Shown one piece after another: positions 48,001 through 58,472 of a stretch of 64,000 nucleotides of DNA. Where the stretch lies: positions 248,001 through 312,000 of the forward strand of contig JAQGDQ010000082.1 of NCBI GenBank assembly GCA_030141605.1, read 5' to 3'. Within the stretch, counting starts at the first letter, position 1. The number at the start of each line of letters is the position of its first letter. Origin of the DNA: Tubiluchus corallicola (Eukaryota; Animalia; Priapulida). Made by a program: the position numbers and the translations under genes. Below the pieces are notes generated by a model, which was given only the letters and a program-made list of their open reading frames with translations, was not told where the DNA came from and did not search any database.

Positions 48001-51000
48001 AAGTCATTCCAAAATACAATGCTAGTGAAAAAAGACGATGGAAAAGTAGTAAAGAAAAATACACATTCTAATGGCATTGATCGCAATGAATTTATCGTAA
48101 ATGACATCTCAAGTATAATACATGAGGGAGAAAGACAGAAAGATTTTCCAAAAAAGCTGTTGTTTTAAATTAAGTTTAGTAACAGTACTTAATAACACTA
48201 GTTTTCTTGGGCATCGTGAACATATGTGTCCCCCGGTTTTTCATTTGCAGCTTTTTGGCATCATTAACATCCTCGGCTTCACCTCAAGCATTAATAGCAC
48301 CATCACGCTACAAATGTTCACCATACCAAAAAAAAAACTAGTATTATTGTTATGTTACTCAGTTTCCTACTCAGCAAATCTTTCACACAAATATTCATGA
48401 GATATCGTTACAGTCTACAACTATTAAAACAATTTCTCACAGTTAACTGACCTAAGAATGTATTCGCTGATATCTTCGTATTTACTCATGTTTGGTACTT
48501 TACTTTGGATTAGTTTCTTCACCCCTCGGCTCATTCCTTTTGGTACAGCCTTGATATTACTGCAACAAAAAGTGTAGTATATTTACTGGCTCTGACACAA
48601 AAATTAAGTCAAATTGGAAGTTCCATAAACTGCATAACTTCACTTCTATTCTTACAATTTTGTACACTAAATAAAGGGACAAATAAGGAAAACTATGAAG
48701 AACAGGGGCAAATTAAGATTATATTTTTTTCAAAAAAGATGTTGCAAAAGCTCAAGTGGCCAAAATAACCAAAAAATATTAACAAGCAGTTTTTGTTTTT
48801 TGTTAACAAGGTTTAATGCAACTGCTTGAACCAAGCAACAAGTATAATGCTACCTATATTTTCTCTTATGCGAGTTTTCGATTACGAGAATTTAGCGATA
48901 ATCAAGTCGTGTTTGTACAACCTGCACTACTTTCTGTCAACTTTTACCAAGTTCATAGTCTGCATGCAAGATTTGGCCTAGACTGTTAGGTAGCTAAGTG
49001 ATTCGTTTAAAAGTCATGATGGAGTCGTTTTTCACAGACGTTCGAATATTCCTGGTTGTTTTAGAAATGTAAACCTTGTCTTAGAAGAAAAAGTAACTCA
49101 ATATCAACTCAATTCTTTCAAAATTTTTGCCAGGAAAACGTATGTACGAAAGGCATTCGCGTCATACTTTGCGAGGGAGTTTACACGTTATTATGTGTGC
49201 AGAGCCACTTTACAAACTTCTCCACCACGATCAATGGCAAATGAGCATTTGTTGTTTCTTTTTGTAATTTTTTCGCTCAAATGCAAAGAAATGAGGATAA
49301 GCTAAAAATCGCTCTCAGTCTGTATATAGTATACTTACTAATGTCTGAATTCAACAGTATTCGTTTCTGCATTGAAGTTGAAGAGAACACATCTTCGAAT
49401 TCGGTTTAATTTTACCTGTAATAAAACAGTAAAACATACATGCATGTCCTATAAAAACCGAACAAACAGTAATCTAACAAAATTAATTACAAGAGCAGTA
49501 TCAGTTCGTATCAAATTCCTTGATCTTCTTCACAATGATATGATACTAATTTCAAAAGGTGATCAAATGAAATAAAAAATACTACATCAATGCAATCTTT
49601 CAAAATGCACATTAAACATCTATTAAATTATAATAAAAATTGTAAGCATTTTTGCTGTAACAAACGGTCTGCTTTTTAGACAACAGATGTGCACTGTATT
49701 AGCTTTAAGACCTAATTTGCAAGTGAAAGATTGGTCAAAAATTTATATACACTTAAACGTATATGTGGTCTGAACTTCAAACTTGTTAGAACTCACAATT
49801 TATTGTACTGTTCGCTTTTTTACAAGATTAGTAAAAACTTAAATTCTAACCTAAATGATGTCTTAACCCCACACGATATATTAATCTCTTAAGCTGAATG
49901 ATTTAGTAAATTTAGAGTTCTTTGGTAACTATAGCGAGCGGTGCTAGGGCGCGTGAGATTCCTTCAACATGTTTTCAATATGAACGGTAACACAGATAGA
50001 AATAGGTTAAGGAGCCACTTTATTTACAGTCAAAAATACTATCAAACTACTTCAACCAAAGCTCCGTTACAGCAGAAAACACCAATAAGGTGTTGTAAGA
50101 CTATATCGAAAACAAACACGTGGTTTAGATATGGATTCGGTGTCAAACTGTGAAAAAAGTGTAATATAGGGTATATTGGGGGTAATGTCAGCCAGCCAGT
50201 TTTTATTTAGGCTGCGTGACCTAGATTAACTTTTTATAGAATATATAAAATATTTATGCAGTATTTATATATATATAGGTGTGTGTGTATGTATGTATGT
50301 ATGTTATGTATATATATATATAGTATTTATAAAATATTAACCCAAATACAAGGTTAACTAAATGAGGCCAACATCCCAATATACCCTATCGCTTATCACC
50401 AAAGATGTTTACCACTCAAAATGGCAAAAATTTGCAGATTTTCTGCTAAATGGTTAAATTCCTAAAGATGTAATGCACCGCTAAAACAAATGATGGTCAA
50501 GCACCCTCATTGAGCAATATAAAGCGAGAATGTGATACAAAGAGTAAGTAAGAAACCCGACTAGGTACGATATTATTTTAGTTGCACAAACCGATTTTAA
50601 AACAATTTTTGATTGCTATTTACAAAAAATGTTTCATGACAGAGTAACATTTGTGCAGCGAACTGGAATGTGTACACATTCTGGAAAACACTGTAAATCT
50701 TGTAAATATGCATAGAAGCAAATATAGGTCTATCTGAAAAAAATATTTTATAAAAACCTTCTCGGCCTGTTAAACTATGCTTTAGCAAACTAGCTCATCA
50801 AACAAAAAATGACTACAATTTAGTTTTGCAGAAAAAACCGAGAACAGTTTCTTACCGTGTTTACATTAATAGAAGGAAACATGTTCTGGAACATCGTTGC
50901 CATGAGTTTAATGTGCATTCCATCACCAGCAAAGTTATTCATTACCACTAGTGGATGATTTTCAAACTGTCTAGCATATGTAGATGGTCGCGTCAGTGAC

Positions 51001-53819
51001 GAAACAACATCCTGAGCAAGAGAAAATTCTTCCACCTACGGCAACAAAAAACAAAAGATGGTCAAAACCTTGATGTAAGCAAAAATGGTGTGATCACATT
51101 CCATGTTTACAAATGCAGATGATTATAGAATCACCATGACGTCTTAAACAAAGCGTTCCCACATTCTCAGTTAGTAGAGGACACATTATGGCTATAAGTG
51201 CAGTTCTACTAGTTTAAATCTATCCCAGTATATGGTTTCAATTAGTAATCACAAAAAGTTTTCACTCGCTTGTTACTACGAGGACACTGCCACGTTAATG
51301 ATATTCTCATTAGAGCAAGTTAGATTTGAACCACTCTACTAGCTCACGCACAAAACGAACTGTTTTGTAAAGTCAAAAATACAAAAGAAAACAGACATAA
51401 TACAAATATATTTGACTAAAATATATGTAGTTAATATTTCGATATTTCCTAAACAAAATTCAACAAAGAGATTGATTTTTGCCTTGTTAAAGCAAATTGC
51501 AATCACTTCTTCTGATACTGTTAAAATGAATTAACTTAGCAGCCGTGCAGCATATATATACTGATAACATAACAGCAAAAAATAAAAATAGTGTTTTTTG
51601 GAAGTTTTTATGAAAATAACTTCGAAGAGGAATTCACTGCTTAGTACAGACTTGGCAGAAAAAATGAAAATAGGTGTATAAGGAAAAATATACCATGTAA
51701 TGTTGGCAACTTGCTGCACAAAATTAATGTGTAAGATTACTACAACTCTACTCATCGAAAAATGGGAACAGGCAGTTTTTTAGCTGCCTGTCCCCATTTC
51801 TGGTGGAAAAACTGCTTGCACCTTAAAAGTCAAATTTTTTACACAAGCACTTTTCAATGCCATGTAGCTCACTGTCATACAGAACTTTAATCCTTTATTG
51901 TTTCACCGTTACCTAAATGAATCGAAAAGCTGTGATTTAAAATTTAAATTCAATAATATTAATGCAGTAATATTAAAAGACTAAATTTAAATACATTTTA
52001 ATAAATAACAATTTAAAACAATGGAAGTAAACACATTTTTGGTAATAATTTACACACACGTTTTAAAAAAATGATATGTAAATTGATTTTTACTTTAAAC
52101 GAGAGAGTTGGTCCTCGCGGCAACTTCATGACGTTTATGTTGAGATTTAATTTTGGTTTGGAAAATGTCACTATGTGCGTTACGCCAAGTGGCCCTGCCA
52201 TGCCAATAAAATCCTTTAGTACATTAGTTTTCTTCACCTAAAGAAGAACAAATAAGATTCAAATTAAATAGTGCATACAAAGTATGATAGCAGTGAAAGC
52301 AGAAGCCTAATTAGTAATTACACAAATTAACACATACAATCATATATAGTATACATAGTAATTGTTCAAAGAATATGCAGTAAGCATTTTTTTATACAGT
52401 TCGGTGTACAGAAAGCTAGAATCCAGCATTCAACGCCAGACGTTACTCAAACTGGGAGGTCGTTACAAGACTGAAGTTGACTGATTATCAAGGCTATGCC
52501 TGCAAATGAGCCACCAAACCAACAGAGACAACTTAGCTATGTTTGAATGTTAAACACATTCTCCCTTTATAAGGTAAACAGCCAGAACCAGTACAGTGAA
52601 TGATATCACTCACAGCGAACACGCAACTGGATCACCTCCCCTATCCTTTTACTGTCAAACCGATAGACCAGAGTACTCGACCATGCGTTACATCTGCAAA
52701 CTAGCCAAAATAAAAAAACTTGACCATGAAATAACAAGTATTGTGAAAAAAATCACAAGCGGTATTAGCAAGCCATGTCACAATTTGAATGACACCTTTG
52801 ATTTGAATGACACTCTTAGCACAGCTTTTTTAAACTAGCTCGTCTTTGGCTAGCTAATAAACACTATAGGGCCTAGACGAACACTTTAAAATAACCTTCC
52901 TAATACAAATGAAATCTGGCCTCAAAATAAGTAAAAATGACAGATGATCCAACATAAATATGTCCAACAACTTACTAGTAGACACACAGCTTTAATAGTG
53001 TCTGGCCAGTATCACTCCAGTGTCGAAATTAACATATTATAATAAATAAACTAATTTAAATCACTAGCTCTATGGTGCCAGGAAAAAATAATATTCACCT
53101 TTAGTGAAGAAGCAGTGTATGGTTCCATAACCTTGCGAAAATCCAAGAGTAATTCTTTCCCGACATGACCCAGCTTTCCACGCGGGATCACAAATGAATG
53201 TGCGTCTTTCTTAAAGCGCTCTGGCTCAGATTGTTGCTTTGTACGAGCAAGTTTGACAGTTCTTCCCTATAGTCAAACATTCAAAGTGTAAAATTTTGGA
53301 ATCGTATTTCACAAATCTCGTGGTTTCTTGTGTAGATAGATAGAAGCTATATATAGTTTAACTTGTATTGTCTCATTTCTTGAGGTACAGTAAATTACAG
53401 TACAGGTAACTTCAGTTTTCCCCAAGGCCCGAAAGGCCTCCTAAACAAAAATCTAAAAAAAGAAGCTTCACCAAACTATTCAAGTGGTGGTTATAAAGTG
53501 GAACAAAATTTAGGCCTACTATGTGAGAGTGTAATTATGCTTTATCGAAAGAAACTTGCTCGCGAAACTTTTATTAAAACTTTAAAATATAAAATGCTAA
53601 AACATGTTAAAATGTTTGTAATGCATTTATTTTAAAGTTTTAACAAAAGCTGAATTGTTGCATACGTATTGTAAACTTGTTCCTTTCAATAATGTGTATA
53701 ATATAAATTGACCTGTATTATATGCTTTGTCCAATCTATGATTTTCCGAAGTAGCATACAAAGCAAAATTAAAAAACGATAATTTAGCAACAAAAACTTA
53801 CCTTCTTTTTGTGACCCAT
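33971..53819 (-). CDS. PPAN: Peter Pan / suppressor of SWI4 1 homologue (Brix-domain ribosome biogenesis protein), 10 coding exons, 505 aa
   Basis: Exons 53802-53819, 53099-53266, 52094-52237, 50856-51035, 49339-49415, 48452-48559, 47403-47516, 42899-43042, 41486-41694 and 33971-34326. All introns are GT-AG with consistent phases (1518 nt). Motifs HSFVIPRG, DFRKVMEPYTA, AGPLGVTH, LPRGPTLSF, KLMATMFQNMFPSINV, GNLSESEAE, QQSAIRLTELGPRLTL. Confidence 0.95.
36506..36725. mobile_element. Tc1/mariner-like MITE remnant in PPAN intron 9
   Basis: TA-flanked, ends ggaacaccctg. Same family as 26062-26298. Confidence 0.55.
38466..38526 (+). pseudogene. tRNA-derived SINE head or tRNA(Thr-TGT)-like pseudogene
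   Basis: A box GGTGGCCTAGTGG, loop cttgtaa, B box GGTTCAAATCC. No acceptor stem can be formed. Confidence 0.6.
41486..41694 (-). CDS. PPAN: PPAN exon 9
   Basis: KLKQMRVKQQEAN...KSLEGMK...EDDAAYYREEVGKTPDP, gtaag donor. Confidence 0.92.
42015..42073 (-). mobile_element. Degenerate 5S rRNA-derived fragment in PPAN intron 8
   Basis: Reverse complement gaagttaactgacactgggccttattagtagatgggtgggcgcctgccaggaaa resembles the 5S internal control region. Confidence 0.5.
42899..43042 (-). CDS. PPAN: PPAN exon 8
   Basis: LTELGPRLTLKLFKIQEGVGEGEVLYHAFIQKTEEE. Confidence 0.93.
44239..44515. mobile_element. hAT-like MITE nested in the TTAA element
   Basis: cataggcgta...tacgcttata termini, 8-bp TSD ttgtctta/ttgtctca. 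Confidence 0.55.
44772..45203. mobile_element. hAT-like MITE with an internal (GA)n tract, nested in the TTAA element
   Basis: TIR cagggcctat / ataggtcctg, perfect 8-bp TSD ctgatatt (44764-44771, 45204-45211). Confidence 0.8.
47403..47516 (-). CDS. PPAN: PPAN exon 7
   Basis: GGNLSESEAEIDGEDNQVILPQKLSSRGNLQSQQSAI. Confidence 0.93.
48452..48559 (-). CDS. PPAN: PPAN exon 6
   Basis: NIKAVPKGMSRGVKKLIQSKVPNMSKYEDISEYIL. Confidence 0.93.
49339..49415 (-). CDS. PPAN: PPAN exon 5
   Basis: VKLNRIRRCVLFNFNAETNTVEFRH(Y). Confidence 0.92.
50169..50386. mobile_element. Small MITE in PPAN intron 4
   Basis: Perfect TIR gggtatattggg / cccaatataccc flanked by TA, with an AT-microsatellite interior. Confidence 0.65.
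50856..51035 (-). CDS. PPAN: PPAN exon 4
   Basis: VEEFSLAQDVVSS...HIKLMATMFQNMFPSINVNT. Confidence 0.94.
52094..52237 (-). CDS. PPAN: PPAN exon 3
   Basis: VKKTNVLKDFIGMAGPLGVTH...LPRGPTLSFK. Confidence 0.94.
53099..53266 (-). CDS. PPAN: PPAN exon 2
   Basis: GRTVK...AHSFVIPRGKLG...DFRKVMEPYTASSLK. Confidence 0.93.
53802..53819 (-). CDS. PPAN: PPAN exon 1 (MGHKKK)
   Basis: ATG GGT CAC AAA AAG AAG followed by gtaagt, phase 0 into exon 2. Confidence 0.8.
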
Positions 53820-54137
53820 ATTCACTATAATAATCAAAGATATCGTAAAATATAATAAAGCAAACTACACAGGCAACAAGCTAGCCTAGAATGTGTTCAT
53901 AACATGTGTGTCGCACTTTCTGCGCCATCTGTACTTGAAAACAAAAATTACAAAAATTATGAATTAAATAAACGAACTTAGAACTATGTTGCTACCAATT
54001 TGCGTAATAAAAACCATTGGTCTACAATGTACTTTTGTAATTCTATATAACAAATTTAATTACAAAAGTAGACAAAATTGCAATTTTTTAACAACATTCA
54101 AACTGTTAAGCGGCTAGTTAAACATGTCGTGCTGTCT

Positions 54138-54209
54138 AGCAGAGTGGCGCAGTGGAAGCGTGCTGGGCCCATAACCCAGAGGTCGGTAGATCGAAACTAC
54201 TCTCTGCTA
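54138..54209 (+). tRNA. tRNA-iMet: Initiator tRNA-Met (CAT)
   Basis: AGCAGAGTGGCGCAGTGGAAGCGTGCTGGGCCCATAACCCAGAGGTCGGTAGATCGAAACTACTCTCTGCTA. Has A1:U72, three G:C pairs in the anticodon stem and the GATCGAAA T-loop typical of eukaryotic initiators. T5 Pol III terminator at 54214-54218. Confidence 0.98.
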
Positions 54210-54496
54210 ACTATTTTTCCTCTTGTTTTTTTTATCATTCGGTAACACGTGCAAAGAAAGACTTGAACTGTACCCTTACTTTGGGTTGCCTTGACAATGA
54301 TATTGTGAGGGTTATCTCCGTCGAACAGTTCAGGACACAGGACAGCGAATATGTGATACGATACCGGCTTCTGAAACAACAGCTAACACTCTGTTAATTA
54401 AATAACCGAGTATTGTAACATGTATATCAGCTGTGAAATTACGTTTATTTTATTCTTATTAATCATTGTAAATAGGCACTAAATACTATAATATGT

Positions 54497-54644
54497 GCCT
54501 TCTGCTCTGGTACCATACAGGGTAGTTAACCCGGCTGCTGGTAGTTAGAGTCTCCTTCTCTAGTCTACACAGTGGCAACTCTTGTCTGGCGCGTCCAAGT
54601 CGCGGGGGTGGAGGCTGCTTAGGCAGTTACCAAGTTCAGGCAAG
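54497..54644 (+). ncRNA. HDV-like self-cleaving ribozyme at the 5' end of the RTE element
   Basis: P1 gccttc/gggggt (G1-U wobble), P2 cttgtctggc/gttcaggcaag, P3 gcg/cgc, L3 tccaagt, P1.1 cc/gg, P4 ggctgc-ttag-gcagtt, J4/2 accaa. The predicted cleavage site coincides with the TSD junction. Confidence 0.8.
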
Positions 54645-55190
54645 GACCCAATGTCGCGGGGTATAACGCTTCACCCTGGTCAGGGTTACGACCGAAGACC
54701 CCAACGGCGGATCAGGCGGAAGGGAACCATGCTTAGTTCTCAACGGCTGAGATGGCGGATGAGGGCAATGCCATGCGGGCTGGCTAGAAGGCATCTCTCA
54801 AAATACTGGAAGAATGGCAGCCTGCTGCGACTTTCAAGGAAATCCTGTCTGTCTCCCCCCAGGAGCCACAGAAATTGATCTGAAAGCCAAGTGTGTGGGC
54901 TTCTACCCGGCAAGTAGTTGCCCACCTTAATCAATCTCACGCCAATGGCCACCTTTCGGTCAAATAAAACTCAAGCCCAACGGCGATGGGATAAGGGTGA
55001 CGGGAGCAGGTTTGGTTAAACTGGAAGCTCTTAGCCTCGACCTACACGTTGGCGGCAAGTGTGTGATGGTCGCCTTCTTGAGAAACTGTGACTACTCAAG
55101 AATCCGGTCCTGCACTTGTGACTGGGCAGGCCTTTTCAGGACCACCGCTGCCCACCTCAAATGAGGAAGGCCCTAGAAAACTTGGGCTAG

Positions 55191-58100
55191 ACATCGGAAG
55201 TCACTTTTTTTGCCTGGCTGGACTACCGCACCCAGCGGGTTACCCACTTCTGCGGGCGAAATAAAAAGGAAAATAATCTTAAAACTACCGTACTAACTAT
55301 TGGATCTTGGAATGTTCGGACACTTCTGGATCGCAAAAATTCGGATAGACCTGAACGACGGACAGCCCTAGTTGCTAAAGAGCTTGCCAGATTCAACATT
55401 GATATAGCTGCTCTCAGTGAAACACGGATTTCCGAAGAAGGGCAGCTTGAGGAGACTGGTGCTGGATACACCTTCTTCTGGAAGGGAAAAGACCAAGAGG
55501 AACGGAGGAACCACGGAGTGGGCTTTGCCATTAGGAGTCAACTGGTCAGAAACCATAACATGGCTCCAAAAGGCATCAACGAACGACTTATGACTCTTCG
55601 TGTGCCTCTCCCAGAGAATAACTTTGCTACCTTGATTTCTGCCTACGCTCCAACATTGGATGCTCAAGATGATGTCAAGGAAACTTTCTATCAACAACTA
55701 AGCGACACCATCTCCCAAGTTCCAGCGAGGGACCGCCTTCTACTCTTGGGAGACTTTAATGCTAGAGTGGGCAAAGACAATCTCCTCTGGGAAAACATTA
55801 TTGGAAAACAGGGCATTGGTAACTGTAATACAAATGGACTCCTCCTCCTTGGCCTTTGTGCTGAGCATGAGCTTTTCATCACTAATACCCAATTTCGGCT
55901 TCCTAACCGTTTCAAAACAACATGGAGACACCCTCGGTCTAAATTATGGCATACCCTTGACTACGTCATTGTCAAACAACAGCATAAGAAGGATGTTTTG
56001 GTTACTAGGAGCTTGCCCGGTGCTGATGACTGTTGGACAGACCACCGTCTTCTGATCAGCAAAATAAGAATGAGCCTGCATCGAAAACCAAGAACTCGCA
56101 TCAACAACCAGGCTAGAAGAAGATATGACATCAGTAAACTAACAAGCCCAACCACGTCTCAAAACTATAGAGATGCGCTCAATCAAAAGATAACTGCAAA
56201 CCAAGTTAATACCTCACTAGACTCAGAATGGACTAACCTACGCACGGCTATGGAAGAGGCAGCCCAAGGCACAATTGGACTCCAAGAAAGGAAGCATCAA
56301 GACTGGTTTGACTCCCATGACCAAGAAATCGCTGCTCTCATTGATGCCAAGCGAAAAGCCAGGATAGACCATGAGCAGCATCCCCTGTCATCCGAGAAGA
56401 AAGTCAGGTTCCAACAACTGAAAAGCCAATGTCAGTCCAGAATGAGGGAGCTCCAAAACAACTGGTGGCAACAGAAGGCAGAAGAACTTCAACATCATGC
56501 AGATTGCAGAGACCTTAGAAGTTTCTACGCAGGCACCAAGGAGATCTATGGTCCTAGAAGAACATCAGTGGGAACTCTTATGTCAGCCGACAACACCACC
56601 CTCCTGACCGAGAGCCAATATATTCTGGACCGATGGAAACAGCACTTTAACACCTTGCTAAACCGGAACTCAACGACAGCAGCTGACTTCCTAAGGAATG
56701 TTCCACAGCATCCCCTGCAACCCCAGTTATCGGTTCCACCCAACTTTATTGAGTTTGAAACAGCCATTAAGCGTATGCCTCGAGGGAAGGCTGCTGGACC
56801 CGACAATATCCAAGTGGAACTCATCAGTCATGGTGGACCTGCTCTCAAGAACCGACTGTTCAACCTGATGCTTCAAATGTGGGAAGCAAAACGAGTCCCA
56901 GATGACCTGAAAAACGCACTCATTGTCACTATCTTTAAAAAGGGGGATCGCAACCTGTGTGGAAACTACAGGGGGATATCACTGCTTTCAATTGCCGGAA
57001 AGATTCTGTCAAGAATTATCTTGAACCGTCTTCAGGAGGTTGCAGAAAGGATCATACCTGAATCTCAGTGTGGGTTCCGAGCTTTACGTGGGACCATTGA
57101 TATGATCTTCTGTGCGCGACAACTGCAGGAAAAGGCCCGTGAGCAGCGGAAGCCTCTCTTCCTCGTGTTCTATGACTTAGAAAAAGCCTATGACAGCGTT
57201 CCGAGAGAAGCCATGTGGGCTGTCCTGCAACGTTTTGGTCTTCCAGATGACTTCATCAAGATGATACAAGCTATGCATGATGGTATGACGGCACGTGTTA
57301 TCAACCAAAACACTATCTCAGAAGAGTTCCCAATCACTTGTGGACTAAAACAAGGCTGTGTCCTCGCACCAACGCTCTTTTCACTCTATCTCACTGCTAT
57401 GCTTCATGACCTTCCACCAGACAATCCAGGGGTGGAATTGAGATGCCGCTTTGATGGGGGGCTCTTCAATCTGTCGCGTTTTCGAGCCAGGAACCGCACC
57501 ACAACTTTCAGAGTGTCAGAGCTGCAATATGCGGATGATAATGCGGCACCAGCCCACTCAGCCAATCACCTGCAACAATCAGTCAGCAACTTCTGTGACG
57601 CATATTCTCGCTTTGGCCTTACAGTCAACATAGGAAAAACCAAAGTTATTGTCCAACCATCACCTGAAGCAGACACACCAGTATGTAACATCTCCATTAA
57701 TGGTACAGATCTAGAATGTGTTGAACATTTCCCGTACCTGGGCAGTCTACTCTCCGTCCAGTGCAACTCAACAAAGGATGTGGAAAATAGGCTTAGAGCT
57801 GCCCATGCCGCTTTCGGCAGACTCTCAACCCGTGTCTTTGGTAATGCTCATCTAACTCGTCGAACCAAGCTGACGGTCCATAATGCTATTGTCGTTTCCA
57901 CACTCCTTTACGGATGTGAAACATGGACTCTGTACCGCCAAGACCTAAAAAAACTCGAACAATTCCACCAGAAAAAGCTTCGCTCAGTTTCCAACATCAG
58001 ATGGGATGATTATGTCACCAATAATTCAGTTCTCGAGAGATTCAACACCACTAGTATAGAAGCTATGATTACGAAACATCGGCTAAGGTGGGCAGGTCAT

Positions 58101-58472
58101 GTAGCACGTATGGACGAAAACAGACTTCCCCGAAGGATCCTCTTCAGTGAGCTGAGCACTGGAAAACGCCCCCTGGGCCGCCCTAGGCGCCGCTACAAGG
58201 ACCAACTAAAAGAAACCCTGCAATCAGCAAGGATCGATCCAGAAACCTGGGAGCAGACAGCGCGGCAGCGAACAAAGTGAAGAAGAGTCATCCAGGAAGG
58301 GACTGAGCATTTTGAAACAACCAGACGAGTAGCAATTGAAGCCAAACGTCAACGAAGGAAAGAGAAGGCCCGTCAACCTCAGGTAACTCCCACCATCCAA
58401 TGTGACAAATGCACCAGAATGTTTCGAGCAAGGATCGGGCTGTTAAGCCACCAACGTGCCCACCACAGCTAG
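55191..58472 (+). CDS. RTE ORF: AP endonuclease + reverse transcriptase + C2H2 finger, with one in-frame TGA at 58278-58280
   Basis: IGSWNVRTL, DIAALSETR, YAPT, LGDFNARVG, LDY, WTDHRLL (APE). GNYRGISLL, DLEKAYD, GLKQGCVLAP, LQYADD, FPYLGS (RT). After the TGA the frame continues to CDKCTRMFRARIGLLSHQRAHHS*. Confidence 0.93.
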
